51,120 bases of DNA from positions 4,283-55,402 of the forward strand of contig MQRK01237226.1 of NCBI GenBank assembly GCA_001938485.1, read 5' to 3'. This document shows positions 13,405 to 26,599 of this stretch, piece by piece. A program made the position numbers and the translations under genes. The notes under the pieces were generated by a model, which was not told the DNA's origin, did not search any database, and saw only the letters and a program-made list of their open reading frames with translations. Source of the DNA: Girardia tigrina. Its lineage: Eukaryota. Numbering within the stretch: the first letter of the stretch is position 1; every line of letters begins with the position of its first letter.

Positions 13405-13565
13405 TAAAGTGCAAACAGGTCTATGGAAAACCCTATTGAGTGTGTTTAGATGACACAATTACTCGATGATTACACAATCACTGCTTGCTAATTTGTACAA
13501 ATTTAAAATCCATATCTTCCTTATCACTTGAAGGTGACGGTAATACCGTCGAAATTAATTGTCAA
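13405..13565 (+). repeat. Inverted copy of PLE pLTR with decayed hammerhead (13525-13563)
   Basis: Homologous to the reverse complement of 13210-13360; TTGAAGG-T-GACGG taata CCGTC-GAAA-TTAA-TT-GTC. Confidence 0.7.
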
Positions 13566-14589
13566 AATGAAATTTTTAACTCATTTAATTGCGTCTTTAT
13601 GTATTTAATAAGTTTGTTTTACCAGTTTTTATTTATTGTTATAAATTATTCTTTTTAAATAGAAATTATCCGAGCTCGGGTAAACGTCTTCCTTGAATAT
13701 AAAATTTATGTATCTCTGAGGTTGTCCTTGTTATTATTATTTAACAAAAAAACGAATTCTTTTAATAAAACGAAATTTTGCGTATGTTGATAAAGACTGC
13801 GATGAAATAATAACATCTGACATGTTTCATGAGCGACTGTATTAGTTTGACGTTTGAATAATACATTTCAATCATTACAAAATTGTCATGTCATTAGTCG
13901 GAATCACGATTTTGATTATCTGTTGATTTGAACTGCCTTAAACAATCATTAGATAAAGAATTAAATGATTATCAAGGTCGTAAATCCCAAAAATGTAGGG
14001 GTTAAATCTTTCCCCATATTGCACAAAATATTTCACCAAAAAAGCTGCTGTATCACTGTATCTGTTATCCTTTGGGTAACACATTGTGTATGGACCTATT
14101 AAGCTGCCCGTAAGCTATTTTCAACTTCTGGAGATTTGTCTATATCTTCATGTCAGGGCAGTAAAATATTAAGAATATCATCATAAAGATGACTAACCCT
14201 CATTTGCAACAACATTATTGCGAAAGAAAAGTGCATGAAAAATTCCATTTCTTGACCATGCTGCTAGCGCTTTAATTGTTTTGTGATTTCTCTATCGAAT
14301 TCAATCTCCTTCAAGTCTATGAGCTGCACGATATTTTAATTTCACCGACCAGGTCTTAGCGAGCTCCTAGAAACGCTGAGATAGAAAAGATGAAAATTTA
14401 TCTACTATTATTTCTATCAGTGGATCATATCATTCATCAAATACAAACCCCAATGCATCGGAAATCTCAGTACCAGTTTCAATAGTGATTCGTCCCAATA
14501 TATAAAATCTGGAGGGTCAACAATCCGAAATTGTTTTTGAAATTTTAATTTTAAAAATCGGGTTATCTACCAAATCGTATTAACAAACT

Positions 14590-14760
14590 TCCATCGATGA
14601 AGGGTCAATAGATCGACAACGATTACAACATTTAACTATTTGTTTAATCTTCTCTTTGCTAAGCTTATCATTAAAATGTCTAACCAAAACTACTCTTTTT
14701 TCCACTCCTCTCTGACATCGATTGTGTAATCATATTAATTTCTTATAACCACCAAACTGA
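14590..14760 (-). mobile_element. Gypsy integrase zinc-binding (HHCC-like) remnant
   Basis: LHNRCQRGVEK..KIKQIVKCCNRCRSIDP. Confidence 0.5.
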
Positions 14761-14980
14761 TCTCTCACACCTAAATAAAATATATATTTTTATATATGCA
14801 GTTGTTTCCAAAAAATGTTATTGAGGTCCGCACCACTTCATGAGTACAAAAGTATTTCCTTTGCATTTGCTATAGGTAAAACTTCTATATAAGTCAAAGT
14901 CACCTTCGGCAAATCATCACATTTGAATTAAGTTACTGAATTGTATTAATCCTAGTTGTTGATGATGTAGGAAATTATTA

Positions 14981-17900
14981 CCCTGTAATACCAAAAGTCT
15001 TCAGTCAGAAGCATATTTAACTCTTTTCTGTTGTATTAGGACTTTATTGAGAAAATCTTCTAAAATGAAAGAATTATAAGGCTGTCATACTATCAGTATA
15101 TTGAAATAATAAAGTTTATATTTTTGCTGGTCTTCCTATTGGTTGTCTATAAATCTTAGTCTATAGATATCTTCGAAATGATATTGCATGAAGCATTTTA
15201 CTATTTTATTATTATTCACTATATTGCTGAGCATGGCATTACGAAAGGAGCTTACGGACTTTGAGAAGGACGTCATCTATAGCTATTATCTGTGCAGCAA
15301 ATCTAGAGTGAAATTTGACAACTAACTTGTCACCCCAAATCAACAATCGATTCATTTCTCTGAAAGTATCGCAGCATGTACAGTCATGTGAACAGGGAGC
15401 GATCTGGCCGACCGAAATATTTAGGCAATCGTGACCAACGACAGCTTGTTCGACTTCTGAAGCAGAACAGGCGCATGCCCTTGGCGCAGATCACTGCTGA
15501 GTATAATGCAGGTCACACATAGGCAAACATGTCTACAGTTCGCCAAAATCTGCATTCCTTGGGTTTCTATGGGAGAGTATGTACAAGAAAACCATTTAAG
15601 TATCCACTGATTTATTTCAATCCTTGGGGTTCAAATAACTCAATTACTCAAATAACTCAATTATGAAAATTATGTCATAATTTAAAAAATGCTATTAAAT
15701 CATTTGGAAAAATAATGAAACACTATTTTTACTAAACTTTATTTCAAAACAAAGCCATGATCATCGAATTTTGTTTGTTCGGAAGCCTTTTATTTTTCAA
15801 TATGATAAATTTTCTTAATTTTGTTCAAGGATTGAAATAAATCAATATCACTATTCAATACACATAAGAAAATTTCTCAATGTGTTTATAACCTCATATA
15901 CAACTTGATATCCTGGTTTTTTTGAGTCTATTATCTTCATATTCTTCTTTGTTGTTAACAACGTCTTCAACCAAATTTCTAGACTGATATTTGCAATAGC
16001 TATTGCAAAAATCTGATCCACTGTAACGATTTCCTTTATGTAGGAAGGATTAACGTTACAGATTTCATCAAAAGATGAGTCTGTGTTTAAAAGATCCTGT
16101 AATTATTTTACTTCATTTTATGCATCAGCTTCAAAGTAAAATTCATTGTTTGTAAAATATTCATGACTATTACAGCTATGGTAGTAGTTGGTAATTACTT
16201 CCTTTTCAATCATATCCGACACCTCCGATGTCAAATAAATTGCTTCAAGAAGATTAACACTTTTAATTAAAACATTTTTTTGACATTTATTGGCTAGCAT
16301 TTTCAACAGACCCTTTTTGTAAAATGACTTGAAACTTTTTATTATTCCTTGATCAAGTGGCTGCAATATAGATGTTGAAATGGGAGGTAGATATTGCACG
16401 TTAACATTTTTTAATATTAAAGTGGGATTAAGACTGCGGTACGGTGCATTGTCTAATAGTAAAACGATTTCTCTCTTTCTTCGTATCATTTGACTATCCA
16501 CTTTCTGAAGCCAGGAGTTAAATATCTTACTGTGCATCCAGGCTGATCTGTCAGATTCATAAATAACTGGGAGACTTTTTACATTTCTGAAACATCTAGG
16601 TTTCTTAGATTTTCCAATAACAAGTGGTGGTAATTTATCAGACCCAGTAAAATTTGTCGCAAACAAAACAGTGATTTACATCTGTCATCTTTAGTAGTTA
16701 AGGTTCTATCTGGTAAAAGTTCAAAAAATAATCCTTTTCATCAGCATTGTAAATTTGTTCTGGAGAGTATTTAGCCAATATTTTCGGTAGTTCATTTTCT
16801 TTCCCCTCATCTGTAGTTTGATGATCAATTCTGTCTTCGTTTTTACGGTTTTCTTTACTAATAAATCGTGCCTATTTTTAAATCCAGCATACCACCCATT
16901 ATTGGCTTTAAAATCATTGATACACAAACTTGATGCCACTTTCTTCGCTTTTTCTTTAATTAGATCAGCATTGGTAGGAATTCTATGATCTATCAGTAAT
17001 CTTATAAATTCCAAAATTTTATCTTCCAGCTATGGATATTTTCCTTTTACAATTTTCGACTTACCAATTCTACAATTTGAGTCTGCCATTTTAAATATTT
17101 CTTCTTTTTTCTTTTCCAATTAAAAATTATTTTATCACTTATACCATATTCGGCAGCAATATCTTTCTGTGTCTTCAATTTTCTTCAAGTAGTTTGAGAA
17201 CTTTCGCTTTCTACTTAAAAGATAAGCTGATTTTTCGTTTTCTTGAAAGCTTTTCATTTTTATTAATCATTTTACGCTTCTAAAAAATAAAATTAATTTA
17301 TAAAAATTAAAAATCCCTGTGTAAAAACTTGACATTTTCCCTATAATAAATACCAAATAAAAAGACTTACTTATTTAAAATGGTATTTTTAAAATGTATT
17401 TTTAAAATAACATTAAATTATTTGAATTTTTAATTGTAATATTCAAATAGCTAAATAATTTAAATAACTCAGCCTTATTCAAATAACTCAGCTAAAATTT
17501 TAAAATTTTACTTTTTTCTTCAAATAACTGAGAGTTTAAATAACTCAATCAGTACTGTTTTTCAGAAGCCATTCGCGTGCGGCGTCTTCGTTGGTGCAAT
17601 GCCAGATGTATCTGGACTCCTGCTGATTGGCAGAAAATTATATGGAGCGATGAGTCCCGTTTTACGCTCTTCCATTCCGATGGACAACAATTTGCATGAC
17701 GACGCTGTGATGAACGATTCCATTCTGATTGTACTCTTCCAACAGTCAAGTACGGCGACGGCTCCATTATATTTTAGAGTTAATTCCCTATCAATAGTAC
17801 TGGCCTATTAGTAAAATGACTAACAGCAAGAATTCCATGGATACCGAGCAATCCTTAAACATGAACTGGTTGCATTCCTCCCAGAAATTGTCGATATGAC

Positions 17901-18300
17901 TAACAATCTATACGTCGCACCTAATTAGGGATTTCTTCGAAACAAGTGGCATAAATTTAATGGAATCGATGCCACAAAGCCCCGATTTTAACCCAATCAA
18001 ATTCATTTGAGATGAGGTAGACCGGCGCGTTCGTAAAAGGCGCGTGCCTCCATGGAATGCCACTGAATTGTAACTTCTGCTGCGGGAAAAATGGGCAAAT
18101 ATTCCTCCTCAGCTCCTGAAAAAATTGGTCGATTCTATGCCAAACCGGGTAAGAGCTAAAGGAAACTGTACTAAATACTATTTTTTTCCATTACCTCACC
18201 TGTCTTCTGCATTCTATTTGGGTTCAAATGTTATAGAATTCATTGCAACCTGTTAAAAGTATGAAAAAGCTACAGACCAAAGACTTTTGGTAGGGTAGGG
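14981..18300 (+). mobile_element. Tc1 (DD34E) element, interrupted by a pogo insertion
   Basis: TIRs CCCT..TACCAAAAGTCTT / AAGACTTTTGGTAGGGTAGGG flanked by TA; ATG at 15233 MALRKELTDFEK, RSGRPK, TRKPF | SEA..WQKIIWSDES, TVKYGDGSI, PQSPDFNPI. Confidence 0.88.
15599..17557 (-). mobile_element. pogo/Tigger (CENP-B-like) transposon, decayed
   Basis: LIKEKAK..FKANNGW..FKNRH (HTH), GSDKLPPLVIGKSKKPRCF, LLLDNAP, LQPLDQGII; degenerate CAGTA TIRs; AAATAACTCA subterminal repeats at both ends. Confidence 0.92.
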
Positions 18301-19302
18301 TATTATCAATAGTGAAAAACTTTATTGAGGAACTTTATTACCGGCCTTCGTTCAAAATAGAGCGATTTCTTGGTCAACTCAGATATTGATGTAATCGCCA
18401 TGTTTTCACTCTAAATGTATAAATCAGACTAAACTGTAATTACGCACGCAATAAAAGAGGACACTTGACGAGATGCAAAGACATATCTTGATTTGTTTAG
18501 CAATGCCCTTCACACTGAAGTGGAGACATATTTGAAATCTTCTCGACTATTTTTGACAAATACAAGGGATGTTTTGCAATCTTCCTTTTATTCTTTTCAG
18601 TTTATGTCTACTTTCTAAAAATAAGATCCTGGTATTTCTTTATTAGAATTTATATTTCTAATTCTTGAAAATAAATACTTCTTTGATTTACTTCACTCTG
18701 ATCAGAAATCTTCGTTCGATAATAAATTAAATAATTCTAAATTTCAGTAAAAGTTTTTTAATTAGTAAATTTTTAATTTGTGATATTTAAAATTCAGAAA
18801 AACAACGGAAAAAATTTTAGTTTTTCTTCACTAAGTTCTTTTGGTACCATAAGCAAAAACGAGTTAAATTAATTAAATAACTTTAAATCCTTTCTTTTTA
18901 CTTTGTCAATAAATAAAGCGTTCTCAGTTAGATGAAGTAAAAATGGATTTTAAGTTTTTTCTTGTGATCGTAAAGGTTATACTTGAAAAACTCTACTTTT
19001 AACTTATTGGGCGTTCACGATTGTAATTATTTAATTAAAACGATATTTTGAGGAACATAAAGGCGTTTCTATCTAGCTTTTAACAGTAAATTTTCATTTG
19101 TGAAAAGAAACAATTATTAATTTATCAGTTTAATAATTAAATGAGGTTTATGATTCTTTTCTCTCTGTATTTTACATAGACTGGTAGTACTAACTGTTCT
19201 ATAATATCCTGATTTTATGGATAACTACATTATCAGCATTGTTGCAGACTGTATTGAACCATAGGCTCTGTTCTAAGTAAAACATTTCAAATAAAACTGA
19301 GA

Positions 19303-20493
19303 TTAGCTATGGTTTTCCTCACGAGGTGATATGTAGGTCAGAAATATTTCAGAGTTGTGGTTTTTTCGACTCTCAAAGACCAGGTGAGATCTCGTTTTCT
19401 ATGTTTTTTTATCTGTTTTCTTGGCAAATATTTTCCATAAACGAAGTCAAAGGTACTTTCATATATGTCAGCTAAAAACCCTTTCTCTATAATCTCTTCC
19501 AGCAATCATTAAATTCATCTTCCATTATCTTGTATCTCAGAGTGAGTCTTTTCATTCATTGACTCCCGTATTTCAAGTCGGATATTCATCATCTGATTGG
19601 CGATCATATTTGCCAGATTATAGAACTGTTCAAGCAATTGTTTTCTACTGAAAAAAATTCTTGTATTGGTATACCATAAAATTATTTCTTTTGTCCAAAA
19701 TCTTGATTTCAAAAACCAAATTATAAAGTCAACGTAAATAATTTTATTTGTAAAATAATTTTGTAATTCTCCTTCAATTTACGTGTGATCTTTTTGAGAA
19801 ATTTTCGTGCAAATCTTTTTACTGTTTTAACTTTCAAAACGAATTTTAAACTGGGTACTAAAGAGAAAAGACTTTCGTCAATCACCGAGCTTAGAATCAT
19901 ATTGAGAATAACGCTAGAGTGAACGAGATAATAGTCAGAGATTATATCTGACGTCTCAGACGAATTATGAGACTTTTCCATTAAATGATAGTGCATATTC
20001 ATTGATAATCGAAACAATTTGATGTGATTTGGAGATTGTTTGATAGACCTCAGAATTTTTTTTATCTTCACATCACATCTCTCATTACGCCATAACAAAA
20101 GATAATTAAAATATTCAACAAAAATGTACTCAATGTCGTTATAAACAATCGGTTGATTATTTAATATCGAAAGTTTTAGTTCGAATTCAAAATCGTTAAG
20201 TCAAACAAATCGCCCAAAAACAATCGGCGAAATCGCAAAATCGATCGATGATTTGCGAGATAAATCGATTAATTTGATATTTCCCCTCGCATAATCACAG
20301 AACAGTTGAAAAAGTGAAAATAATAAATTCCGTCTCGAATTTTTTGTCAAGTAAATGTGAATTAATTTCGAAATATCGCTAAAAAATTCGGCAGACAATC
20401 GCGAATTATACAAATATCGTATCTTTGATTTTTTAGACACTCGAATATCAATTGAATCGAATTAATTTTAAATTTTCTCATATCTGATTGCAT
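19303..20493 (-). pseudogene. Decayed intronless ORF (~390 codons), unknown product
   Basis: ORFs 20440-20201 and 20098-19721 are one frame separated only by TGA at 20201-20203; further pieces join by frameshifts from ATG 20493 to TAA 19303. Confidence 0.55.
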
Positions 20494-20644
20494 TTTGAAT
20501 TTACAAAAACAAAATTCGAAAATTCGATAATCTTTATTTTACCACATTAAACAAATTTTTTTTATTTTTTTCGTAAAACTTTTGGTAATTGTGAATCATC
20601 ACAAAAAAATCTATTTTTTAAACACGCACACACATTTTTCCCCA

Positions 20645-21097
20645 AACTCACACATTTGACAGAACATTTATTACATTCACATTTCTTATCATCTTTATGA
20701 TGATCAATAGTAATACTTTCACTATAATCCATCACTCAATTTTCAATATCTCTCATTATAATCTGAACTATACTTGAGAAAATTATTTTATTAAAAAATA
20801 TTAAATTTAAATTTTATTGACTTAAGGAAAATATTTCTATAGTCATTTTTAAACATTAATTTGATTTTAATTATTTAAAAATTTACAAAAATAAAATCAA
20901 TAAAATTATTTAAAAGTTGCAATAATAAAAACTAAAAATTTGAATATTAAATCTAAATTTAAATAAATTAGTAACAGATTATAAGAATTAAAATATTGAT
21001 CATCCATCTGATTAGGAGAGGCACAATCCAAAATCAACATACAACATTTAAACATGCAAACACTAAAAAAACAATTACACACCCCATATTCCTCACA
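20645..21097 (-). repeat. Copy of the Gypsy 5' LTR / PLE leader sequence
   Basis: Colinear high-identity match to 40516-40968; lacks the terminal CTCTTAACA. Confidence 0.9.
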
Positions 21098-21486
21098 ACA
21101 CACACTGGCACACACATCACTCTTCCAATTACACATATACACACACTCAACACAACCACACACACTTTCACATAAGAAAAATCATCGATCTAATTGGTCC
21201 ATATTTGTAACTGTGATTTAAAGTCAGATCATTTGAAAATATTCGTTTTATTTTCCTTTAAAAAATATCTATTCAAGAATTCAAAGCCAACTTATTTGAA
21301 ATTAATAGTTTTTTTATTTATTTATTTTTTTTATAGATTTTTTACTTTTTATTTGCTTTTCAAATATCAGATTTATGAAAGTCATTGACTGAATTGCAGT
21401 GTTTCTTTTCTTCAAATTTAAAAATTTCTTTTAGAGTAAATTAAAACTTCGGAAAATTGAATAAATTCATCGTTTAGATTTTTTTA

Positions 21487-21855
21487 TTATTCCTTTAGTC
21501 GGTGGGAACTGATAGATTCACAAGAAACTTTCGATGCTTTATCCAAATATGATAACTCAGAAATATAATTAATCAAAGACGGAAAATGATTTTTTATTTG
21601 ATAGACTAAAAAACTCCATTAGAGTGTTTTCATTTTGATTGTCTTTTGTATCAGAAAGTTTTGAGAGATAATTTATCTGAAAACCGATTGTTTGACAGGA
21701 TTTTGAAGAACTATTTATGAAATTACCCATCAACAGAATCAATTGTAATAATTTCCAAAAATTGCTACTGTTTCTGATTTCCATGAGAGCTAATGTAGCG
21801 TAATTAATAGCCGGTTTGATATCGGAAACTCGTTCATTAAATTTCATTTTAAAAG
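21487..21855 (-). pseudogene. Diaphanous-type formin FH2 domain fragment, frameshifted
   Basis: LLQLILLMGNFINS..GFQINYLSKLSDTK..TLMEF; removing one T from the run at 21608-21613 continues LVYQIKNHFPSLINYISELSYLDKASKVS. Confidence 0.85.
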
Positions 21856-21950
21856 TGCGGCAAACAACAAACCAAACGTTAAAAATATGCCATCACAAAA
21901 TCATATGATCGTGATGGTTTTATAACTATATTTTTAGATTTATACATATA

Positions 21951-21976
21951 TCTATATTATAAAAGCCCAAGTCACT
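21951..21976 (+). mobile_element. Possible Helitron 5' end running into the gap
   Basis: A|TCTATATTATAAAAGCCCAAGTCACT resembles non-autonomous Helitron starts; 3' end not visible. Confidence 0.3.
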
Positions 21977-22362
21977 NNNNNNNNNNNNNNNNNNNNNNNN
22001 NNNNNNNNNNNNNNNNNNNNNNNNNNNNNNNNNNNNNNNNNNNNNNNNNNNNNNNNNNNNNNNNNNNNNNNNNNNNNNNNNNNNNNNNNNNNNNNNNNNN
22101 NNNNNNNNNNNNNNNNNNNNNNNNNNNNNNNNNNNNNNNNNNNNNNNNNNNNNNNNNNNNNNNNNNNNNNNNNNNNNNNNNNNNNNNNNNNNNNNNNNNN
22201 NNNNNNNNNNNNNNNNNNNNNNNNNNNNNNNNNNNNNNNNNNNNNNNNNNNNNNNNNNNNNNNNNNNNNNNNNNNNNNNNNNNNNNNNNNNNNNNNNNNN
22301 NNNNNNNNNNNNNNNNNNNNNNNNNNNNNNNNNNNNNNNNNNNNNNNNNNNNNNNNNNNNNN
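21977..22362. other. Assembly gap (N run)
   Basis: N run. Confidence 1.
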
Positions 22363-22404
<42 letters not shown>

Positions 22405-22829
22405 AATTTATTTATTTTAATTACTTGATTATTTTTACTTTAATTACTTATTTTATATTTAATTAAATTTTTTACTTTATTAAATTTTAATTCATTTAAT
22501 ATTTTAATTTAAATTTAAACACACTAAGAACATAATTTGTAAGAGTCAATGAGTTTTCCAATTATCTGTCTTTGTGCTCTGTGTAGTCAGTTGATCAAAA
22601 AAGTCCACATTCCTTATAATAAAAATAATTCAAGTGTCAGGTGTACGTCAACGAATTTCAGGATCATATAAAGCTAATAGCGGTCCTCTGCGAATTAATG
22701 ACATTTCTTATTTGTTAGCTGTTAAGTGGCTTGATTTCAAGATAATTATTTTCTTCCATTTAAAGCTAATAGTAATATTTATTTTCCACGATTTATTAGT
22801 AACACACAAACGAAATTATTCAGACAAAT

Positions 22830-23300
22830 TACTGTGAAGAATATTTTAAATTTAGTATGATGAAATTGGTTTGTTGAATTTTGTTTGTTGAGTTTAGTAT
22901 TTAAAAATGCGCTTCTCCCACCCAGATGGAAAATTGGTATTTTATTTGTTTGCGATGAATAGTTATTCGAGTATAGTTCGTATTTTAAATTACAATATAA
23001 TATATTAATAAACTTCTAAAAAATTAAACTGTTGAAAATTTAAATATTAAAAATTTTGTTAAGTAAATAATTTTTAACGTATTTTTAAATTGATAATAAT
23101 TTTTTTCTTTAAATAAAATCATTTTTAAAATTAAATTAATAGTTAGATAACTTTATTAACGAAATTATAAAAGGAGAATTTTGAAAATAAAATCTGAATA
23201 TAATTTAAATGAAAATTTCTTCGAATAATTGTTTATTAACAAAAATTTATCAATTCAGCAAGATGGTAAATTACAAAAAACTTTACTGAAAATTGTCTCA
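22830..23300 (+). mobile_element. PLE leader/5' region remnant
   Basis: TGTGAAGAAT..TTCTCCCACCCAGATGGAA motif and TGAAAATTGTCTCA (23287-23300) shared with other PLE copies. Confidence 0.55.
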
Positions 23301-23620
23301 AAGACAATTTAAGCTGTGATAAAAATAATTGTGAGGAAAACCATATAGGTTCTAGGTGTTCTTTATGGGAACATTCATTCTATATTCATCAATGTTATTT
23401 GATTCAGAACGAAGTCTTTGAAATGAGGAACTAAAAACCTGAAAGATCAACAAGTGCAGAATTTTGAGTAATTTACATTGCACTGCATTAAATGTATAAA
23501 TAGAAGATAATTACAGATATTCTAAAAAGTTTTATGAATTTTAATTTCCTTTTACATTTTACTTCCGTTTTACACTGTTGTGAACTAATAAAAATAAAAA
23601 TAATCGAATAAATTTATATA

Positions 23621-24887
23621 CAGTGCGTTCAAAAAGTAACTGTGCACCTGCAATTTCAAAACAAGAACGATATCCTGTGTTCTAAAAATCAATAACAAAA
23701 TATTTTGAATAGTCAATTTTATGTGAAAAACAATGACCGTCTCTTAATTTATTAAAAATAACAAGAAAATAGTCACAACAACTGCTGGAAATGCCCACCA
23801 AGTTCGTGAATAAAACGTTAATTTGACGTTTCAAGTTTTCGAACACTCGATGAATTTCCTCTTGGGTGATGGCTTCAATTTGGTGTAGGATGTTATCACG
23901 GAGGTCTTGCAAAGTTTGTGGTTTGTTTCGGTAAACCTTTTGCNNNNNNNNNNNNNNNNNNNNNNNNNNNNNNNNNNNNNNNNNNNNNNNNNNNNNNNNN
24001 NNNNNNNNNNNNNNNNNNNNNNNNNNNNNNNNNNNNNNNNNNNNNNNNNNNNNNNNNNNNNNNNNNNNNNNNNNNNNNNNNNNNNNNNNNNNNNNNNNNN
24101 NNNNNNNNNNNNNNNNNNNNNNNNNNNNNNNNNNNNNNNNNNNNNNNNNNNNNNNNNNNNNNNNNNNNNNNNNNNNNNNNNNNNNNNNNNNNNNNNNNNN
24201 NNNNNNNNNNNNNNNNNNNNNNNNNNNNNNNNNNNNNNNNNNNNNNNNNNNNNNNNNNNNNNNNNNNNNNNNNNNNNNNNNNNNNNNNNNNNNNNNNNNN
24301 NNNNNNNNNNNNNNNNNNNNNNNNNNNNNNNNNNNNNNNNNNNNNNNNNNNNNNNNNNNNNNNNNNNNNNNNNNNNNNNNNNNNNNNNNNNNNNNNNNNN
24401 NNNNNNNNNNNNNNNNNNNNNNNNNNNNNNNNNNNNNNNNNNNNNNNNNNNNNNNNNNNNNNNNNNNNNNNNNNNNNNNNNNNNNNNNNNNNNNNNNNNN
24501 NNNNNNNNNNNNNNNNNNNNNNNNNNNNNNNNNNNNNNNNNNNNNNNNNNNNNNNNNNNNNNNNNNNNNNNNNNNNNNNNNNNNNNNNNNNNNNNNNNNN
24601 NNNNNNNNNNNNNNNNNNNNNNNNNNNNNNNNNNNNNNNNNNNNNNNNNNNNNNNNNNNNNNNNNNNNNNNNNNNNNNNNNNNNNNNNNNNNNNNNNNNN
24701 NNNNNNNNNNNNNNNNNNNNNNNNNNNNNNNNNNNNNNNNNNNNNNNNNNNNNNNNNNNNNNNNNNNNNNNNTCTATTTCATAGTTCGATTTCATAGAAA
24801 TTTGCATTTAAAAAGTCTGCTACAACGCTGATTATCTAAAAATAAACCAGGCAATGAAAGGTGCACAGTGACTTTCTGAACGCACTG
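23621..24887 (-). mobile_element. Tc1/mariner-superfamily element (mostly in gap)
   Basis: TA-flanked 29-bp TIRs CAGTGCGTTCA(A/G)AAAGT(A/C)ACTGTGCACCT; C-terminus KVYRNKPQTLQDLRDNI..IEAI. Confidence 0.9.
23944..24772. other. Assembly gap (N run)
   Basis: N run. Confidence 1.
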
Positions 24888-26599
24888 TATATATATAAAA
24901 ATAAATATATATGTATATATGTATAAATAATTAATTAATAATTAACGATCAATAAAGAATATCGTTCATAATATGTCGCGTTATTTTTCAATTTGTCCAT
25001 TTATCCAAGTTTCCAAATTTTTTAAAATTATTTTTATTTACTTCATTGTTAAAAATAGGCTAATTGTTAAATTTAGTTTTCATTCATCAATAAGTCTATT
25101 ATTTACACACTCCTTTAATTCTTCATTCTCTAAACAAAATGTTTAATTAAACAATAACCACATTTCGAAAATCGAATGATTAAATATATATAATCATTTA
25201 TTCCTCATTTTTTTCAATAGGAAATTAGTATTTGTTATTGTAAAAGTAATAATGGTTCTTCCGTTAGAATTATCTTTAACCAATAAATAAAAAAATGAAT
25301 ATTAAAAGAATAATATTTTAAGATATTTAATTAATTAAACCGAACGGAAAAAAGGTTGATAAAAAGAACGATCACATATAACTGGAAATAGAGTTTTTAA
25401 AGGAAAGTTAGTAATGAATTAGTTTCTTTGGGTATTTGAAATACCAACAACGTCTTTAATTTTCGTGGCTAACAGGGATCTTTTCTCTTTGAAATTGTAT
25501 GAATGAATTGCTGTTTTTTTATTTGATTTATATAATTGTATGACCAATGGATAAATCCAGTAGATATTAATTCTTGAGAAATTATTTCGTTGATGGAATT
25601 TTGCGATGGAAAGTTTTTAGAATTGAATGGTTACGAACTTGCACGATTTCTCAAAGAATCCACGAGAAATTATAGTCAATTAATATCAGAAGAATAACAA
25701 GAATAAGTCCAGTCAAAAGAAAATAATAATAATTTGAATTTACTAATTATTATATCGATTTTTTTATATTTATACAATAATTATATAATGAAAATATATA
25801 TGTTAGTGACTGGTTCACTACAGTTATCATTAAATTCATCACTTTTTCTCTGATGCGTATACGCAACACATTTCTTATTTTTATATTTTAACCACCTATT
25901 TATAATTATAATTATTTATCAGTAGTCTTTTTATTTATTATCTCATTTATTTTTAATCATTAATTCATTACAAAACTCTGGTCCAGTCTGACAGACGTTT
26001 ATTCGGCGTTCACGTTCAGACAGTTGACCACCTTATTTATATATAATTAATTTAATTTTATGTTTATATTTTAAGGATGATTTGTATATGTGTATTTCTT
26101 ATAATAAAAGTAGTTTCACCAATAAATACGATCTTAGTTATTAATGAAACTACTCTGATAGGTTGTGTAAAATAAAAAAGTAATCAATTGATAATATTTA
26201 AAGATATAAAATTATAAACAATCTAAGAAGAGGGAACAAGATAATATAAAGACTTGATATCACAAAAAATGAAAAATTGGTTCTTTTCTTTAAGAAGGAG
26301 AGTGGAATAATTAGTTACTTGTCAATGCCAAGGTGGTCAACCAAAACAGAATAATTCAGATCTTCAAGAAGGCGAATGGCAGAAATAATAATGATGATGG
26401 TTTTTTCTTTTTTTTATTCTTCTCTTAGAGTTAAAATGAACTGCAGAAGACGAATGAAATAATCTGATATGATATTCAGTTGTATTTAGTTTATCTTGGC
26501 AATAATGATTTGATATTGCTTCTTGTTTTCTTTTTTTTCTTTTCTTTGGATTTTTTCAAATAAGGACACCAATTTTATTTTGATTTGAGGCAGTTTGAA

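Noticed and set aside
20201-20203. In-frame TGA as selenocysteine or alternative genetic code
   Set aside because: The same gene has frameshifts, and all three stop types interrupt other decayed frames, so this is ordinary decay.
20906-21163. Cys-rich ORFs here and at 40777-40995
   Set aside because: Translation of TG-rich repeat sequence within the LTR/leader.
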